The translations under genes were made by a program, and so were the position numbers. A stretch of 64,000 nt of DNA from NCBI RefSeq assembly GCF_009914755.1, contig NC_060930.1. One strand, written 5' to 3'. Below, in pieces: positions 1 to 14,712 of the stretch. The notes below the pieces were generated by a model. The model searched no databases, was not told the DNA's origin, and worked only from the letters and a program-made list of their open reading frames with translations. Origin of the DNA: the human T2T-CHM13v2.0 reference genome, Homo sapiens. Within the stretch, counting starts at the first letter, position 1. Every line of letters begins with the position of its first letter.

Positions 1-3000
1 AAGAAAGGTCAGAACAATCCACCACTTTACCCCTTTAATATCCCAAATATACAGGGAGTTCTGAATCCTGAGCAGTATCAGATTTTGCTTTTGGAAACAC
101 TTAGGAAGTGAAAATGATGCCAGTGACTCTCTAAGGGCAGTGGCATCCCACTGCAGAACAGTAGGCTGCAGGCTTCAGGATAAGACAAAAATAACAATTT
201 CATCACTATCCCCTACCAAGGCAAATCTGAGAAATTTTGCTGAAATTGTTTTTCCATGTAAATTTCAAACGTTCTGAAAAATAAAGCACCAGTGGATACA
301 GGCAGAGGTTTCCCAGAGGGCATAGTGCATGTGGAAGGGAAGCCCATTCATTGGACCTGAAACCACAGGATAAAGGGGGGTGAAATAAAGGCTGGCTGAG
401 AGTCCCCACCTTCCAGAGCTGCCTTTGTTGCAATGAGTGTGAAGCACACGCCTCAACTTTTCGTTACTTTGGCTTTTTTTGGCTAGTGTTGCATCTTATA
501 AGTCACAGTCTAGCTTCTCCTGTCCGTATTTTTACTGCACAGAAGGTTTCCCAATTTGCAAGCGTTTGCAGCACGGCTGGGCCCGGAGATAAAACAGAAT
601 GTGTATGTAGTACAGTATGCATTCAACTGATGCACAAGACTCTTTCCACCATATGTGCAAAGTAGTGTGCTTTTCACTCGAGGTGCCCCTGCCAAAATTG
701 CCAGGAGCACATGAATAAGTGGAGGAGAAATGCCCTGTGCGTAATGCAGCTCCAGGCCTCGCCCCACCTGGGAAGGAAACCCATGTGTTCTGCAGCCGCC
801 TGCATTCTCACCCCCCTTTGCAGCCCATCTCTCACATTGTTTTATGCTTACCTTTACACAGCTCGAACCTCATCCTTCTCCCTCAACTGGGGCCCATGAT
901 GCTAGCCATTGTGAAGGGCAGGTGTAGGGTCTCAGTTGCCCTTCCAGGAAGAGAGAAGTAAGGGTAGTTAGCACTTATGCTAATGAGAATAACGGGACTG
1001 GTTAAATACTCATCAGTTACAGAGGAATACCACTGGGTGAGAGCAAGTTGGTGTTTTTTCCTTCCCCTTACACATTTATTGTCCTTCGTCTCCTGCAAAG
1101 TGTAGCTTACCAAGCATTTTTATTGGAAAGTAATATTGGTCTGGTCTTTGTGGGTAAATCTTCCGGTGGAACATCTTTCATGATGAGATTTATTTCATGA
1201 TAAGTTTTTAAAAAGAGTGAAGGCTATAAAAGAATTGTACTTTTCACTCACCTCTTTGAATCTATCTTAATCTCCTTGTATCTTTTAGCCTAAATCAATC
1301 AATCTAGGGAATTTTTACCTTGATATTCACTGCCTAAAAATTGAATCACCACCTTCCTTGGCTTTACTGAAAACTTGATGTTTATTTGAAAGCATACAGT
1401 ATTTTTGATTCAAAAGTTGTCAGTAGGACACACAACTCAGAATCTTTTGTTGAGTTTTAACTATTGGTGTTACATGGTGGTTACAGCCACGCTCTCATTC
1501 TACCAAGTGTGGGTAACAAGTACGAGCCCCGCTTTATGGATGGGAAACCAAGCCATGGGGCAGCCACTTCCTTTCACCTGTCCTTTCATTCTTTCAGCCA
1601 CCAGTCTGGGAGGTAGGGCTTTTCCACCCACGGGCCCTGCAACAGGGTATGCCTGGCAGAGAGGAGAGATTGATCCACATTTGGTGAAGATCCACATTAA
1701 GTGTAATAGCAGTGCTATCACAATCCATTGTAAATAGGTCCATATCTCAACTTTCTTCCTTGACTTTATTTGAATTACTTGTAAGCTTTCTCCCTCAACA
1801 TATTAACAAATAACCTTTGGGCCAATAAAAATGCAATTTTTGTGCTTACGGTTTTCGTGAATGCGAAGGGATTTGCTGTCCTTGACGGTATTCATCTAGA
1901 ACCTAGAACAACGCAAGACTCTGTAGGCCACTTGCATCTACCACACCTCTCCTGATCAGTGGATCTGGGGAATTCCTTGCCTGGTGAGGGTACACTTGGA
2001 GTGTCAGGGCTGTTGGACTTTGGCATTGTTCTTTGTTACTGTGGGGTCTGGTAGAAGATGATGTATGTCACAGAGGAAAGATATAGGAGAAATATGGCAG
2101 ATAATGCCCTGTTCACTTGGAAATCTGGGTGGCCAGAGAGACAGTTGTGCCAGTGGGTGCTTGGTGACAGGTGAGGATGATGTGTTCTGGAAAAGTCAAG
2201 GAAAGGAAATGGTAGGGATGATGTTGAGTTGTCCAGGAAACCTGGCTAACCATCCATTGTGTCCCTGTTGGAATCTCCATTACTAAAGGGCAGGGGCCAA
2301 AGGAGAAATGTCCTGCATTTTATCAAATTCAGTGTAGAGCGGCAAGGCTTCTTGCGGCCCTGGAGAGCATCCTTGGCTGAGGAGAAGCCCAGTCGGAGCC
2401 TCCCCTTAACGCCTGAGCTTTGGATGACACATCATCACTTTGCAATGGTGGCAACAGTCACACTGGAGCTTGATTCTCATTCATTTGGTAATTGGTTATT
2501 TCAACACAAACTGTGACTAAGGAACATGATTACACACCTGTCAGCCATATGACGGGGAAGAGAGCTGTCTGTGAGCAGAGGAAGAGGCCTCGTTTCTACC
2601 GGGGTCTCCGTGGAGTCTTTTCCATCAAAGATGTCATTTTTCATTTTAACCTCGAAACAAGACATATTATAGCTACTGCCTTGTCTATATCATTTATAGG
2701 AATCGCTGCCACAGATGCTAATCTAAACTAATACAATTTCATTTTGATTATATCTTTGTAGGCATCAGATTCTAGTGCACAGGAAGGCAGGATGTAATAT
2801 AAAGAAACAAATGAGCATAAACATTATGTGGTACCTGTGGAGCAGCTTCCTGTGACAAGGCAAGGGACGAGGAGAAATAGCAATTAAGATGTTTTGTACA
2901 AGGAGAACATTTTACTGTAAGATGAAATAAATCGGTAAAATAAAAGAAAGCTTTTTCAGGTTGCACAGCTGACTCAGGGAGGGGAGTTCTCACTTATGCA

Positions 3001-3198
3001 GAAGAAATTACCAGGTGATGGAGAATCATGTCTAAGGATTATAAATAAGAGATGATGTTTCAGAAAGATAAGGGTGGACACATTTAAACAAAACCAAACC
3101 CTGAAGATAGCAATTTTGAACTGAATTCTAAAATGAAGGAGGACCTAATAAATCTGGCAACACTTAGTTAAAAAGAAAAGCCCTAGCCTTTTGAATAA

Positions 3199-3527
<329 letters not shown>

Positions 3528-4334
3528 TTAATTTGCACACTTTCTCGAAATGGTGAGCCAAATATCAGATTGTTCAGAAAATCTCCCTGTCGTTTATCTT
3601 TTCTGCTCCTCTCTGTCTTTGGTGAGGTTACTCAGTGTGTGGATTACAATGTATGTGTGCCCAAGCTCTGCTGAGCACTGAGCACGTAAATCAGCAAATG
3701 ATAAAGGTGTCCTCTGTTATTGAGTTAGAAACAAAGTTTACGTAGGGTGAAGTTAGTAGCTGGAAAATAAGGAATTGAAAGAGGTGACATAAATGGTAAT
3801 CAAGGGAAATAACACTAAAATCATAGTTTGAGTTATTTGGCAGAGGTATGGTGAAGGCCATGGAATTCACCATACTGCAGTGCCCACGAATCCTGGGCTG
3901 CTCACGCGGGAGCCCCTTGGTAAGTGTGGAAAGTTTGTTGACCGAGATGCTGCTCAGGACATACCAGGAGTGAAGACATACAAAGGAAACAAAACAATGC
4001 CTTTTTTGAGGGAGCGAAATGGATAGTCAGATGGCTGAAGAGAGATAGAAGTGGTCGTTAAGTACTGATTGTGTCCAGATTGTGTAGAGGGTTAGGATCC
4101 TGATTAGTGGGTGTGTTTGTGCATTTCTAAAATTCCTCCAGCCTTTGGCAGTGTCTTCTGATTGGCATTTGCAGTGGGATGCTGGGCATACCCTTATAGT
4201 TGCATGCAATTTAATTTTAATCAAGACTTTAATGATAAGAAAAGATAGTGAGTCCCTATTGCCTTCTTGCCAGCTGAGGTTTTTTTTTTTCTCCAGAAAA
4301 GAAAGCAGATTTGTGAAATTTAAGTAACTGTCAT

Positions 4335-4465
4335 ATATTGAGTACTTATTCTGTGCCAGGCATTGTGTGGGGCACTGCGCCAGGCATTGTGTGATGGATT
4401 GTCTCATTTAATCCTTGCAACAAATTTCTGAAATGGATGTTGTGTACCCCATTTTGCTGATGTTT
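4335..4465 (-). mobile_element. MIR fragment
   Basis: 'tattgagtacttattctgtgccaggcattgtg...ctcatttaatcc...ccccatttt' is the reverse complement of the MIR 3' half. Confidence 0.7.
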
Positions 4466-4884
4466 AGGTTCTCCTTTTCTCCATCAGTGGTGGCACCAGG
4501 AATCAAACTTGGGTTGGAGTGGCACCACATGGCCCTCCTCAACCCTTTCTGTACTAATGTCCTCAACTAAGTGGGCACATGGGGTGCTCAGCCCTTAAGA
4601 ATTTGCTCTCACTTTTTCTTGCTTTTTACTTCCTTAAAATTCTTGCCTGCTAACAAGAGTATTTTCTACTTCCTGCCTTTTGTAGTTTACTTTTATTTAC
4701 CGCCATAAAATTATAATTATTTAAACATCTAAGTTTTAAACAGGCTATAAATATATGATCTTTGACACTCCAGATTGTGTATGAATAGAGCTTTCAAGGG
4801 ACCATTTGCTTTACTGTTATCATTGAACTTAAAAAATTAAAATGTATGGAGCATGTGGGCTGAATACCATTCATTTTAGGCGCT

Positions 4885-4966
4885 TCATTATTCAGTTGTC
4901 TACTACTGCCTGGCACACAGTAGATGCTCAATAAGTGGAGAACAGATGAATAAGTGAATGAATGGA
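4885..4966 (+). mobile_element. L2 3' end fragment
   Basis: 'tgcctggcacacagtagatgctcaataag...gaatgaatg' is the L2 tail. Confidence 0.65.
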
Positions 4967-6064
4967 GACCTAAGGAAAACATTACTCAAGTGCCCTTGCC
5001 CCACTGTCTACATTCTTTGGGGCCGCAATGACACATATAGTGCATCCTACAGTTTATGGAACCAGTCAAAACATTTTTTTAACTCAAAGGCAAAAGTCTT
5101 TCATCCCTTAAGACAAAGAAATGACTGAAATTTCTTTATTATACTAGGATACTTGACTGCATGTAAACATTGCCTGTTTTTATTAAGAAGGGAAGGCTAA
5201 TATCAATAACCTTATGAAATGATCATTCTTATTCCCCTTTTACTATTTTCCACATCAAAGAATAACAGCTTTCTATTCTGTGATTAGGCAAGAACCATAG
5301 GAAGAGGTTTATGAATCTAGAATCCCATGTCCTTGAGAACATGTCTCAATTTGTCTAGGAGCCTGAGAAAAGATTTGAGCTGACTCTTACTTTGATTATG
5401 GGATCACTAAAGATCCCATAATCTTTCATTTGTGGGATGTGCACATGAAACTGGAATTTAAGAGATTTCAAAATGAGTGAGCCCTCTGGTGAGAAGTCTG
5501 TCAGCTTCAGGGATGTCTCCTTCCCCATCTCTACGCAGGGTTTCTCACGCTGAATCACAGGACTCCCCTGGCACCACTCCTATTTCATCTGCAGCCACCA
5601 TCCTCGTTCTCCCATCCTTGCCTCATCTTGGTCCCATACCCCAAGTCCAGAACACATGGAGAGTCCACCCTGCCAATACTGGTGGGCCTAGGATTTGGGT
5701 CTGCTCAGCCTTTGGCCGTGTTCCTCAGCCTATGAGATTGGCTCTCAGCTTCCCCCATGAGGTGCCAGCTCCCTCACCACCCCTCCGTTTCAGCTGTGTT
5801 GGACACCAATAATTTACCACGAAGGGGAGAGACCAGAGGGCGAGTTACCTCTCACCCACAAGGACCTGCAAGGATGTGAGGGTTTGAGCCACAACTTCTC
5901 TGCCTTCTAGTAATCCCTGCGGTTTCTGCCACTCATTGTCACCATGCTGCTTCTGCCCACTGTGCTCCTGGGGCGCACGAGCAGTGTGGCATGGGGGTTG
6001 AGATCTGCACCTGGTGTCATGACACCTGCATTCAGAGCCCAACTTTGCCTTTTATGGGCTCTTT

Positions 6065-6235
6065 GGTCTTAGGCAAGTTGCTTAACTTCTCTACACTTCA
6101 GTTTCTACACTGGCAAAATGGAGGTGGTGAGTAATAGGGACTTCCTAAAGGTTTAGGAAGCTTTAATGAGCCAAAGTCTGTAAAATGCTTAGCACAGGGT
6201 CTGGCACAGGACAAACATTAAATCTTATTATTATT
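6065..6235 (+). mobile_element. MIR
   Basis: Core 'ggcaagttgcttaacttctct...cagtttc...aaaatgg' and tail 'gtaaaatgcttagcacagggtctggcaca...ttattattatt'. Confidence 0.8.
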
Positions 6236-6644
6236 GTCAAAGTGGCTTCTATATTGAATTTTCTTCCTTTGTTCCGGATGACAGCTCCATGAAGTAGTCA
6301 CTGAGTTGGAAGGTTCTGGAATTGGTGATGCCCTCCCCAGTGGGGTCCAGCCTTCATACAGTGGGGTTTCCAGTCATCTCTGAGATGCCATCTAGAGCAA
6401 CACTGGGTGGTTGAGAGACCAAGGTGCAGAGGAACTGGGACAGCTTGGAAATGTTGGTAGCTAGAAAGGTTCAGTGAGGGAGGGAATGGAACAAACAGAA
6501 GGGGTGGGGCTGCTCACTGTGCAAGGCAGAACCACATATTATTTTTCTCAGTTTACACTAAGAAGGGAGAGGTTGTGGAAACGCAGGTCACTTTTTGTCT
6601 TCCTTCACCTGGGCTTTGACCCCAAAATACACCTCCTGGAAATG

Positions 6645-6673
6645 TAATAATAATAATAATAATAAGAAGAAGA
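6645..6673. repeat. (TAA)n/(GAA)n microsatellite
   Basis: taataataataataataataagaagaaga. Confidence 0.85.
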
Positions 6674-7367
6674 CAGGGTGACAGAGGAGCAAGAATTAAC
6701 TAAAATTGTCATCCAGAAATGAACTTCAACTTGATACTCAGCTGTTGGCTTCAACAGGCGTGTCCCTAAACCCCAGTCAAATTCTGCCGAAATGATTATC
6801 CCCTATTTAAGCATGCCACAATCCTACTTTTTATTACCTCAATTCATCATCTGCAGAATGGCTGGGGTTTGAAACAAAGACTCCAGAGAGTGTCGTTGGA
6901 GCAGAGGTCATTATTTATGAAGCCTCTTCACCTTCATCTTCGCATTTGGCTCCTCAGAGAGGCTCATTGGTCCTGGCTTTGGAGGCAGTGTAATTCAGAT
7001 ATTTTTCTTCCTTAAGTCTGATAGCACCTCCGTTAACAGGTCAACTGGCATGTGGATCATAATTGGAGCTGTCAGGAGGACCATCCTGCCCAAAATCATG
7101 TTTGAACTTCACAGTCTGAAAGACCCAGGGATGTGTCGCCTCATCTTCCTCCTTTGCCTACATCCACTGGCAGAAGTTGCAGTATTGCTGCATATCATTT
7201 ATGTGGCTAGCGCACAGTAAAAGTCAGGATTCTGTCCTCGTCCTAGGCTTTCTCCTTCATGTTCAGGCTGATTTTAGATCTTTACATATATAATACTCAT
7301 ATTTCTTCCTAAAGAAATCTTATCTTTAAGACAAATTATATTTTGGACAACATTATGCAATGCTGAC

Positions 7368-7739
7368 TGTAACACTGTCCCAGGCCAGAGCAGTGACCAG
7401 GGTGGGATACTTTCCTATGTCTGTCCAGAATAAAGACCTGAGTGGCAGGACCAAGGCCATACCCATGAAGGATAGTCAGCTCCAGCCAGGCCGAGTACAC
7501 AGATCAAAGGGCCAGGGCAGGACCACAGTCAGAGTGAGGGTGGTGAGCTGGGAATGGTATGGAAGTGGGCTCAAGCCAAAGCTGCAGGGAATCAGTGGCA
7601 AGAGTGCAGGGTGATGGCTGGGAATGGCTTTGAAGCATCTGCAGCCCTGCTTTGCTGGTTGGTGGGCACCTGGGGGATGAGGTAAACTGAGGCTTAGCAT
7701 ATGGACGGGCCAGAACAGATGTAGGCAACCCTGGTTATA
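7368..7739. mobile_element. Possible ancient solo LTR, family uncertain
   Basis: Purine-rich block of distinct composition bounded by tgtaac...gttata (decayed TG..CA termini) with internal aataaa; no clear TSD. Confidence 0.25.
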
Positions 7740-8714
7740 CCCATACCCTGATTATAGCATTTCTGTGGTTGCTGGTGGAAGAAAAGAAAGTTAAATTCAT
7801 CTGAGTGCTGAGCTCTTGTCACAAATAACAATTGTGACATCATGTCTTTGACAAGTATTGCTGTTAGTTGAGAATTTATAGTTCTTGACCTCAGGATTAG
7901 TAACTAATTCACGGACACCATTTGTTTCAATTTGTGACTCATAGCTATCCATGACTACCTCACCAGCATATGCCCTGTGAGTTATTTCTTCCAGAAGCAG
8001 TGAGAGATGTGCACTGATTCATCTGCATCCTTTCGCATGTTTTCTGGTGTCTGTCTCCCCTTTGCCAAGACCTGTACATGTGTGACATGGCAGGTCATGA
8101 CGAAGGGTGTGTTCTGTGACAGTGACATAGATCAAGCTAACTCACTCAGGGCAGTGACCTAAGCTCTTGCTTTGTGCTCCCACCAACTTGAGCTAATTAG
8201 CCATCGACCTGCTCAGAGCTACATTATTGTACTTCTGTCTCTATTATTCCTAGGAGTGGAGGGTGTTGTGGACAGAGCAGAGGCTGGCCAACTGGCTTTT
8301 GGTGCTCCACCCCCTCATCCCCCAAAACAATCACCACAAGGTGGGCAGGTTTCTCAACAAGGCACATCCAGGGACTCAGTTTCACTGATTGGTCCAGGGA
8401 TATCCACTGCCTTGATGAACTGACTCATGTTGACCAAAGTCACAATCTGCATTTATATACCGAATGCCAGGAATACAGGAGACAAGATAGCATGAATGCC
8501 CCTTGTAGTCTGTACAGCATCACCTACAGGATTAATAAAAAATTGTATCATAATATTGATGATGTTTTTAGAAGTCCACAAAGGAGATTGCTAAAGGACC
8601 TGCAGAACTGAGTGAGTTTGGTAGGATGTGTCTTTTCTGGTATTGAGAGGCCTAGGTGTCATACTCGATGATCTGAAGTTTATTTAGTAAGAATTAGATT
8701 AAAGAAGTTGGTTT

Positions 8715-9017
<303 letters not shown>

Positions 9018-9367
9018 GAAGAAGTTCGTTTAAGTGTTGAAGATGTTGGAGTACCATCTTTCACAGGCTGTATCAGAGACCTACTGACGCTGCTTCTGAA
9101 GCTGCAGGGAACCCTTTTCTTGGGCTCTTTGCAGACTGCCTCTTCCCCCACCCCGCACCCTCCCTCCCTTCCCCCCATTCTGTTATATTTGTCATTAAAC
9201 ACTCTCTTTTCCTAATTTTCTTGGTATATTCAATCTTGGAGTGCTAAAACCAAAGAAAATTTGAAAATTTCCCTTAATAACATGTTTTTAAAATGTAATG
9301 ACACCAGTATTTTCAAGTTATTGTACACAATTTACCTTTGCCACCAGCACATAGGTGGGAGATCATC

Positions 9368-9645
9368 AGTGTGTGGCATGGGGATTCTGGAGCCAGACTG
9401 CCTGGGTTTGAATCCTGGTTCTACCACTTGTTAACTGTGTGAGTTTGTGTAAACTCCATAATGTCTCTGTGCCCCAGCTTCTTCATATATAAAATGGAGA
9501 TAATGATAGTACCTACTTCATAAATCATTTCTTTCCTTGATATATGTATGAGTGTGTGCATTAAATGAGTTGATACATATAAAGCACTTAGGATGGTGTC
9601 TGGTACGTGCATGAAAAGCTGTAGAAATGTTAGCCATTATTATTA
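9368..9645 (+). mobile_element. MIR, near full length
   Basis: 'ctggagccagactgcctgggtttgaatcctgg...aaaatggagataatgatagtacctac...aaagcacttag...ttagccattattatt'. Confidence 0.9.
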
Positions 9646-11049
9646 ATCCCGGATAATAACCAGAACAGCATCTTAATCTGGTTAGTACTGTGTTTTTTAA
9701 TCCCATTTGAGGCCGGGTTATTTCTGGGGGAGGCATCCTGTAGATAGTGAATCTCCTCTGTAACATCTGGATCCTTTTCTAGCCTTACAGATAGGGTCCT
9801 GGAGTACAGCCCTTGCCTGTTTCACATTTTCTCTGATTTCTCAGGTCCATCATGAGATCTGCATATAATCATATGAGCCCAACCCCCTTCTGCCTAGTGA
9901 TTTCAGAGAAAAGGAATAAAAGGAGTACCTGAAATGCCTAGATTAGGTCTATTAATTAAGGATTTTGTGGGTGCCAACCAGCAGCAAAGTGGAATCATTT
10001 GTGTTTCCCTTCCTTTTGTTTCCCCTCACTGTGTCCCTGGGTAATAGATGCAAATGACTAGTGAAAAGCCAAAAGGCAGGCAGTGGGCGGAGGAAGAAAG
10101 TGGGGGAAGGGAAAGGAGCCTGGATAATCCAGTGTCGATTAAGCTTCCGGAATAATCAGAAGCTGCCTGGGGTGTGAGGTGGTGTGGCCTTAGCAGAGAA
10201 TGAAAAAGAAGGGGGCTGCATGCTCCTAGCTGCTGGGCCTTACCTGTGAAATAACAATTCTTACCAAACAAAGACACTCAGGTGACCTGAGAAAGAGCCC
10301 TGCAAGATAAATGCAAAAGGGTCACCTGTCCAATAAAGGAAAAATAGATTTAAAAATAAAAAGTAAAAACAGGCATTTTCAGAACCGCTTAAGCAACTGC
10401 TCTGATTATTCCAGACACAGTTTTAATGTGCTGGGATGAACATGATATATTTTAGTTCATGTGGAAGCTGTATTTCAGGCTGATGTGGAATCTGTTGCCA
10501 TAACTGTCACGCAATCCATTAGGGCCCCTGAGTAAAGGCAGCCATTAATCAGGCACGAGATCAGCCCCATAGCCTCACATGCGTGCGGCTCTGAGGGGCC
10601 CTGACCTGACATCATTTAAGGAGATTCTCATGGAGGCCATAAACATGATTCGATTCCCATTATCTTCATGTTGCATATTTGTTACCATTACTCTTTGAAG
10701 ACTCCAAATTGGATGTTAAAAATTTATGATATATATAAAGGTTTGCATGGAGTGAAAAAATAGCTGCAGCAAATAAGTCCATCTCATCCATCAGAGGTGT
10801 GTGAGCTGTCAGAGGAGCCTGAAGAGCTATGGAGAAAGCCTGTCAGTTAGCCAGTTAAGGAGGATGGAGAATTAGGAGGGCCTTCTCTGGGCAAACAGCT
10901 TTTCCTACAGCCTACATACTAAATGGGAATTTAAATACATTTGGTTAAAAGAACAAAGTAAAACAGCACCACTGCAGAAATCCCCATAGACAGTCTTCGA
11001 CAAGCAGGTGAAAGGGAGGGCAAGGGATCCTTAGGCAGACATTAGTAGT

Positions 11050-11207
11050 AATGTGAATGGAGCAGATGCCTGGGTCCAGAGATGGATGTTTCTGGGTTAC
11101 TGGCATATCTCCAGAGCAGAGAATCTGATGCCAGGTGGGAGCCCTCTGTCCAGGAGAAAGCCCTCCACCCAAGCTGCATGCACACATAATTTTGTTTGAG
11201 AACCATG
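11050..11207. mobile_element. MER5-like hAT-Charlie fragment
   Basis: Ends in 'tgcacac...gtttgagaaccatg', like the MER5 terminal repeat. Confidence 0.4.
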
Positions 11208-11349
11208 CAACTCTCTACAATCTGTTCAGTGACTTGAATATTTGCATAGAAATAACTCGTATTTAAGGGTTATCCATTCATAGAGGTAGGCAGTTCAGAG
11301 TAGAGAAAAACAGAACATTCCAGGCCTTGGCTTAAGGAAGAATGAGAGC

Positions 11350-11920
11350 TAATGAATCCATTCGACATATATTTACAGGATTGTTTGTTATATAAGGGAC
11401 TTCATACATAATGCATGGTCTCTGCCGTCAAGGAGTTTCAGTCTGGTAGAGGAAATAAGACATGGATGGTAACCAAGGAGTCTCAGACAGACCTGGGACT
11501 CTAGGAGAAGGTGAGATATCAGAAACAGGGAACAAGGTGCACAGTTGCTTAATCTAATCAAGGAATGGACTTTTGAGGATGAGAATTTGTTGGGCAAAGA
11601 CCAGAGGATCAATTCAACAGGGACGTGGAGGAGAGAAACGTGGGGCAAAAAGATGATTGGCCAAAGTCCAAATTGAGTGCAAGATCTTCTGTGAGGCCAA
11701 GACCATGGTATCTAACCAAGTAGGAGGAGCAGGTGTTGGGCAGAAGTGCATCGAATAGTTGGTGAAGGTCTAGGTGTGAGGCAGGTGTGATCAGATAGCT
11801 CCAGGAGAGCCGTGCTGAGACTCGGGTATGGAGAAGACTCCTGAGGTTCAGAGGCAGAACACTCAACTGGTAGGGACTGGAGTGTAAGGCTGAATATCCA
11901 GCGATAGCGTTAAAGGATAG
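11350..11920 (-). mobile_element. L2
   Basis: 'ccattcgacatatattta...ggtctctgccgtcaaggagtttcagtctggtagagg' followed by typical purine-rich antisense L2 body. Confidence 0.65.
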
Positions 11921-11924
11921 AAAC

Positions 11925-12260
11925 CCATTCATTTATTCATTCGCTCACTCGGTCATTTATGGAACCCTTATAATATGCCAGGCACTAGTCCAGGATCTGG
12001 ACATTTGAAGCTGGTCAGAACGCAGTTTCCACACTCAAGGACCTGTTTGATTAGTGGGAGAGGCAGACACACACATGGTCATAATGCAATGCAATAAATT
12101 GGTGTGGAATGGAAATACAGGGACAGAGGGTGCAGAGCTTAGGCAAGGACCAGGAGGAAGAGTCACTGATGGCTTCCTAAAGGAGCTGCAGTCTGAACGA
12201 AGGCTTAAAGGTCACATAAGGATCTGCCAGCAGAAGGAGAGATGGAATCTAGCTCCACCA
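11925..12260 (-). mobile_element. L2
   Basis: 'cattcatttattcattc...atgccaggcactag...tagtgggagaggcagac...ggcttcctaaaggag'. Confidence 0.8.
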
Positions 12261-14109
12261 GAAAGAATGGGAGTGAAGGACCGGAGACCCAGTTGAAGGG
12301 CACTAAGAATTCAGACCCGAGGAGTTGGGCCACTGAGATGAGCTCAACAGTGCAGTAACTCCAGGGGAGGCAGGGAGCTACTCTGAAGACCTCCCTATGT
12401 TGTTCCCACCAGAGGCAGGAGTGGCTGAACAGAGATCCCAGGTGTCTGTCCACTGCAGGACAAAGAATCAGTGCTGACCTTTAGTTCAAGTTCACAAAGA
12501 CATTCACAGCATACTGAAAGGCAGTGTGTGATAGCTGCTGTTTATTCCTGAGCTTCCTCAAGAGAACGTGTGGATGCATTTGAGAAAGGAAGGCTAAACC
12601 AGAAACGAGATTTCAGAAAATGAAATTCCATGCGTTTTCAGAGCAGTGTCCCCATGCTTTTACCTTGAATTCGAAAATAAACTCTATTATTTCTGGTTCC
12701 AACAATTAGTTATAAAATATAAAATCAATGGCCCCTTTTTTCTCCTCTCCAATTCTTCAACTATACACTTATTCTCACAACTTTGAGTTGAGCTGTTTTT
12801 GGTGTTCTTAAGTCCGGTAAAAATGCCACATGTGTGAGCTGACATGTGCTGCCTCTGCTGCAGCATAGGAGGGCTAAGCTTGGAAACTCTGTTGTGCTCT
12901 CCCCGGCCCTGATTCCAGGCAGAATCTTTGCTTGTTTTCAAAAGAAATCCTGAGATCACAATGACACAGAAGTGTAAACTCCCATTCATCACAGGGAGGT
13001 ATTAACTCTGAAGCCTAATTATCTTTTGACTTAAATGGCAATATTGTTAACCTTTTCATGGAGTCAGAAACATCACACTTCTCTGGGGTAGGCAAGTGGA
13101 GCTATTTCTAGAATGTTCCACCTTTTCTAAAGGCATTCTTCAGAGGAGGAAGAATGCCTAGCTTGCTCCAACATGCACATGGCACCAAGACTTTGGCTCA
13201 GAGGAAGCAGTGAATTTGAAGAACTAAAGTTTGCTGTATTGTAAGAATCAAAATAAGAGAAGTGAATTAGTGCTGATTCAGAGGGAAAGAGAGGTGAATA
13301 CAAAGTTTGTTTAAACCAGAGGTTTTTGAAGTAGAGAGGCAATTACTGTAAATTTCTCATATCATCTAATATTTATCTAAATGTTAGGCACAACATGAAA
13401 ATGGTTACACAACTGTCAGCAAAACAGGGAAATCCGCTTGCAGTTTAACTGAAGGATTTTTGTTTCTGTTATGGCAAAAAAAAAAAAAAGAAATTTCCTT
13501 AGAATAATAGGTCAAAAATGCACCTTTGTTCTGACAATCACATTTGTAGTAAAATGCAAAAAAATAGTCTCCCATTTGCTTTTCCCTGTAGTTGGCATAA
13601 ATATCTAGCACACTAGTCAGAATAAAACTGTTGAAAATAACACACAAGGAGAGAGTTAGTTCATCATGAAGTGCCTTGATGTGCCTTCTTTCAGAACTTG
13701 TCACTCTGGAAAAAAGTCAGACGTGAACACAATTCTTCTGGCCCCAGTGGATATCTAGAGCCGACAGTGGGGTGGTCCACTCTCAAGAGGCAATTAGAGA
13801 ATGCATTGTCTGCAGAGGATTTAAGAACAATAATAAAACCAGCTAAAAGTTGGTCTGCTTTATGTTGTTACCATGAGCCAGTGATTCTGAACAATTTTAG
13901 TGTTCACATATTCCTCCCTGAAGGGGTCGTTGGTGTCCTATGTCCACCCTCCTTGTTAAGCCATTGTCTGGCACCCCACCCAAGTGGGGGCAGATGTAGA
14001 ATAAACCTCTGACTTTAATATATAAGAGGTTGTAAAACATTATGAACTGATTCTCTAGGGTAAGGAAGGTCCTATGGATGTTGTCTAACATTGCCACCAG
14101 TTCTGTGAA

Positions 14110-14350
14110 TGATCCAACTCATTCTTACAGATCACTTACTGGGCATCAGGCAGTGGCTGGGCTGAAGATACAGTGGTGGGAGATCAGACTCTGTCCTTGC
14201 CCTTAGGAAGCTTGTAGGCTACTAGGGGAGACAAAAATCACACCAGTAATTCCAAGGTTGCAACCATGTTGAGTCTAAGAAGGACCACAGAGGAGATATT
14301 TGCCTTGGATAGAGAGGTTTGGGAAGGCCTTTTTAAGGAAGTGGTATGGT
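14110..14350 (-). mobile_element. L2
   Basis: 'gatacagtggtg...gtccttgcccttaggaagctt...ctaggggagaca...gggaaggcctt'. Confidence 0.7.
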
Positions 14351-14451
14351 AGTTCTTCCAAGATTATTGGTCATACCAGAAACTAAGAAACAAACAAACA
14401 AATAATGATAATTTTTGCCCACAAGCAACTAGTTCTGTAATCTCTTAAATC

Positions 14452-14668
14452 TTTTTTCTTTTTTTGAGACAGAGTCTTGCTCTGTTGCCCATGCTGGAGT
14501 GTGGTGGCGCGATCATAGCTCAACATAACCTCGAAGTGCTGGGCTCAAGCAATCCTCCTGCCTCAGCCTCCCAAGTAGCTAGGACTACAGGTGCATGCCA
14601 CCACACCTGGCTAGTTTTTGTTTTGTTTTGTTTTGGTAGAGATGGGGTCTCCCTGTGTTGCCCAGGCT
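14452..14668 (-). mobile_element. AluJ, 5'-truncated
   Basis: T-rich tail, full right monomer with J-type 'ctgggctcaagcaatcctcc', only ~30 nt of the left monomer. Confidence 0.9.
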
Positions 14669-14712
14669 TTTTGAATATTTAGGGTAAGGTCTACCATAGG
14701 GACTACATCCTA

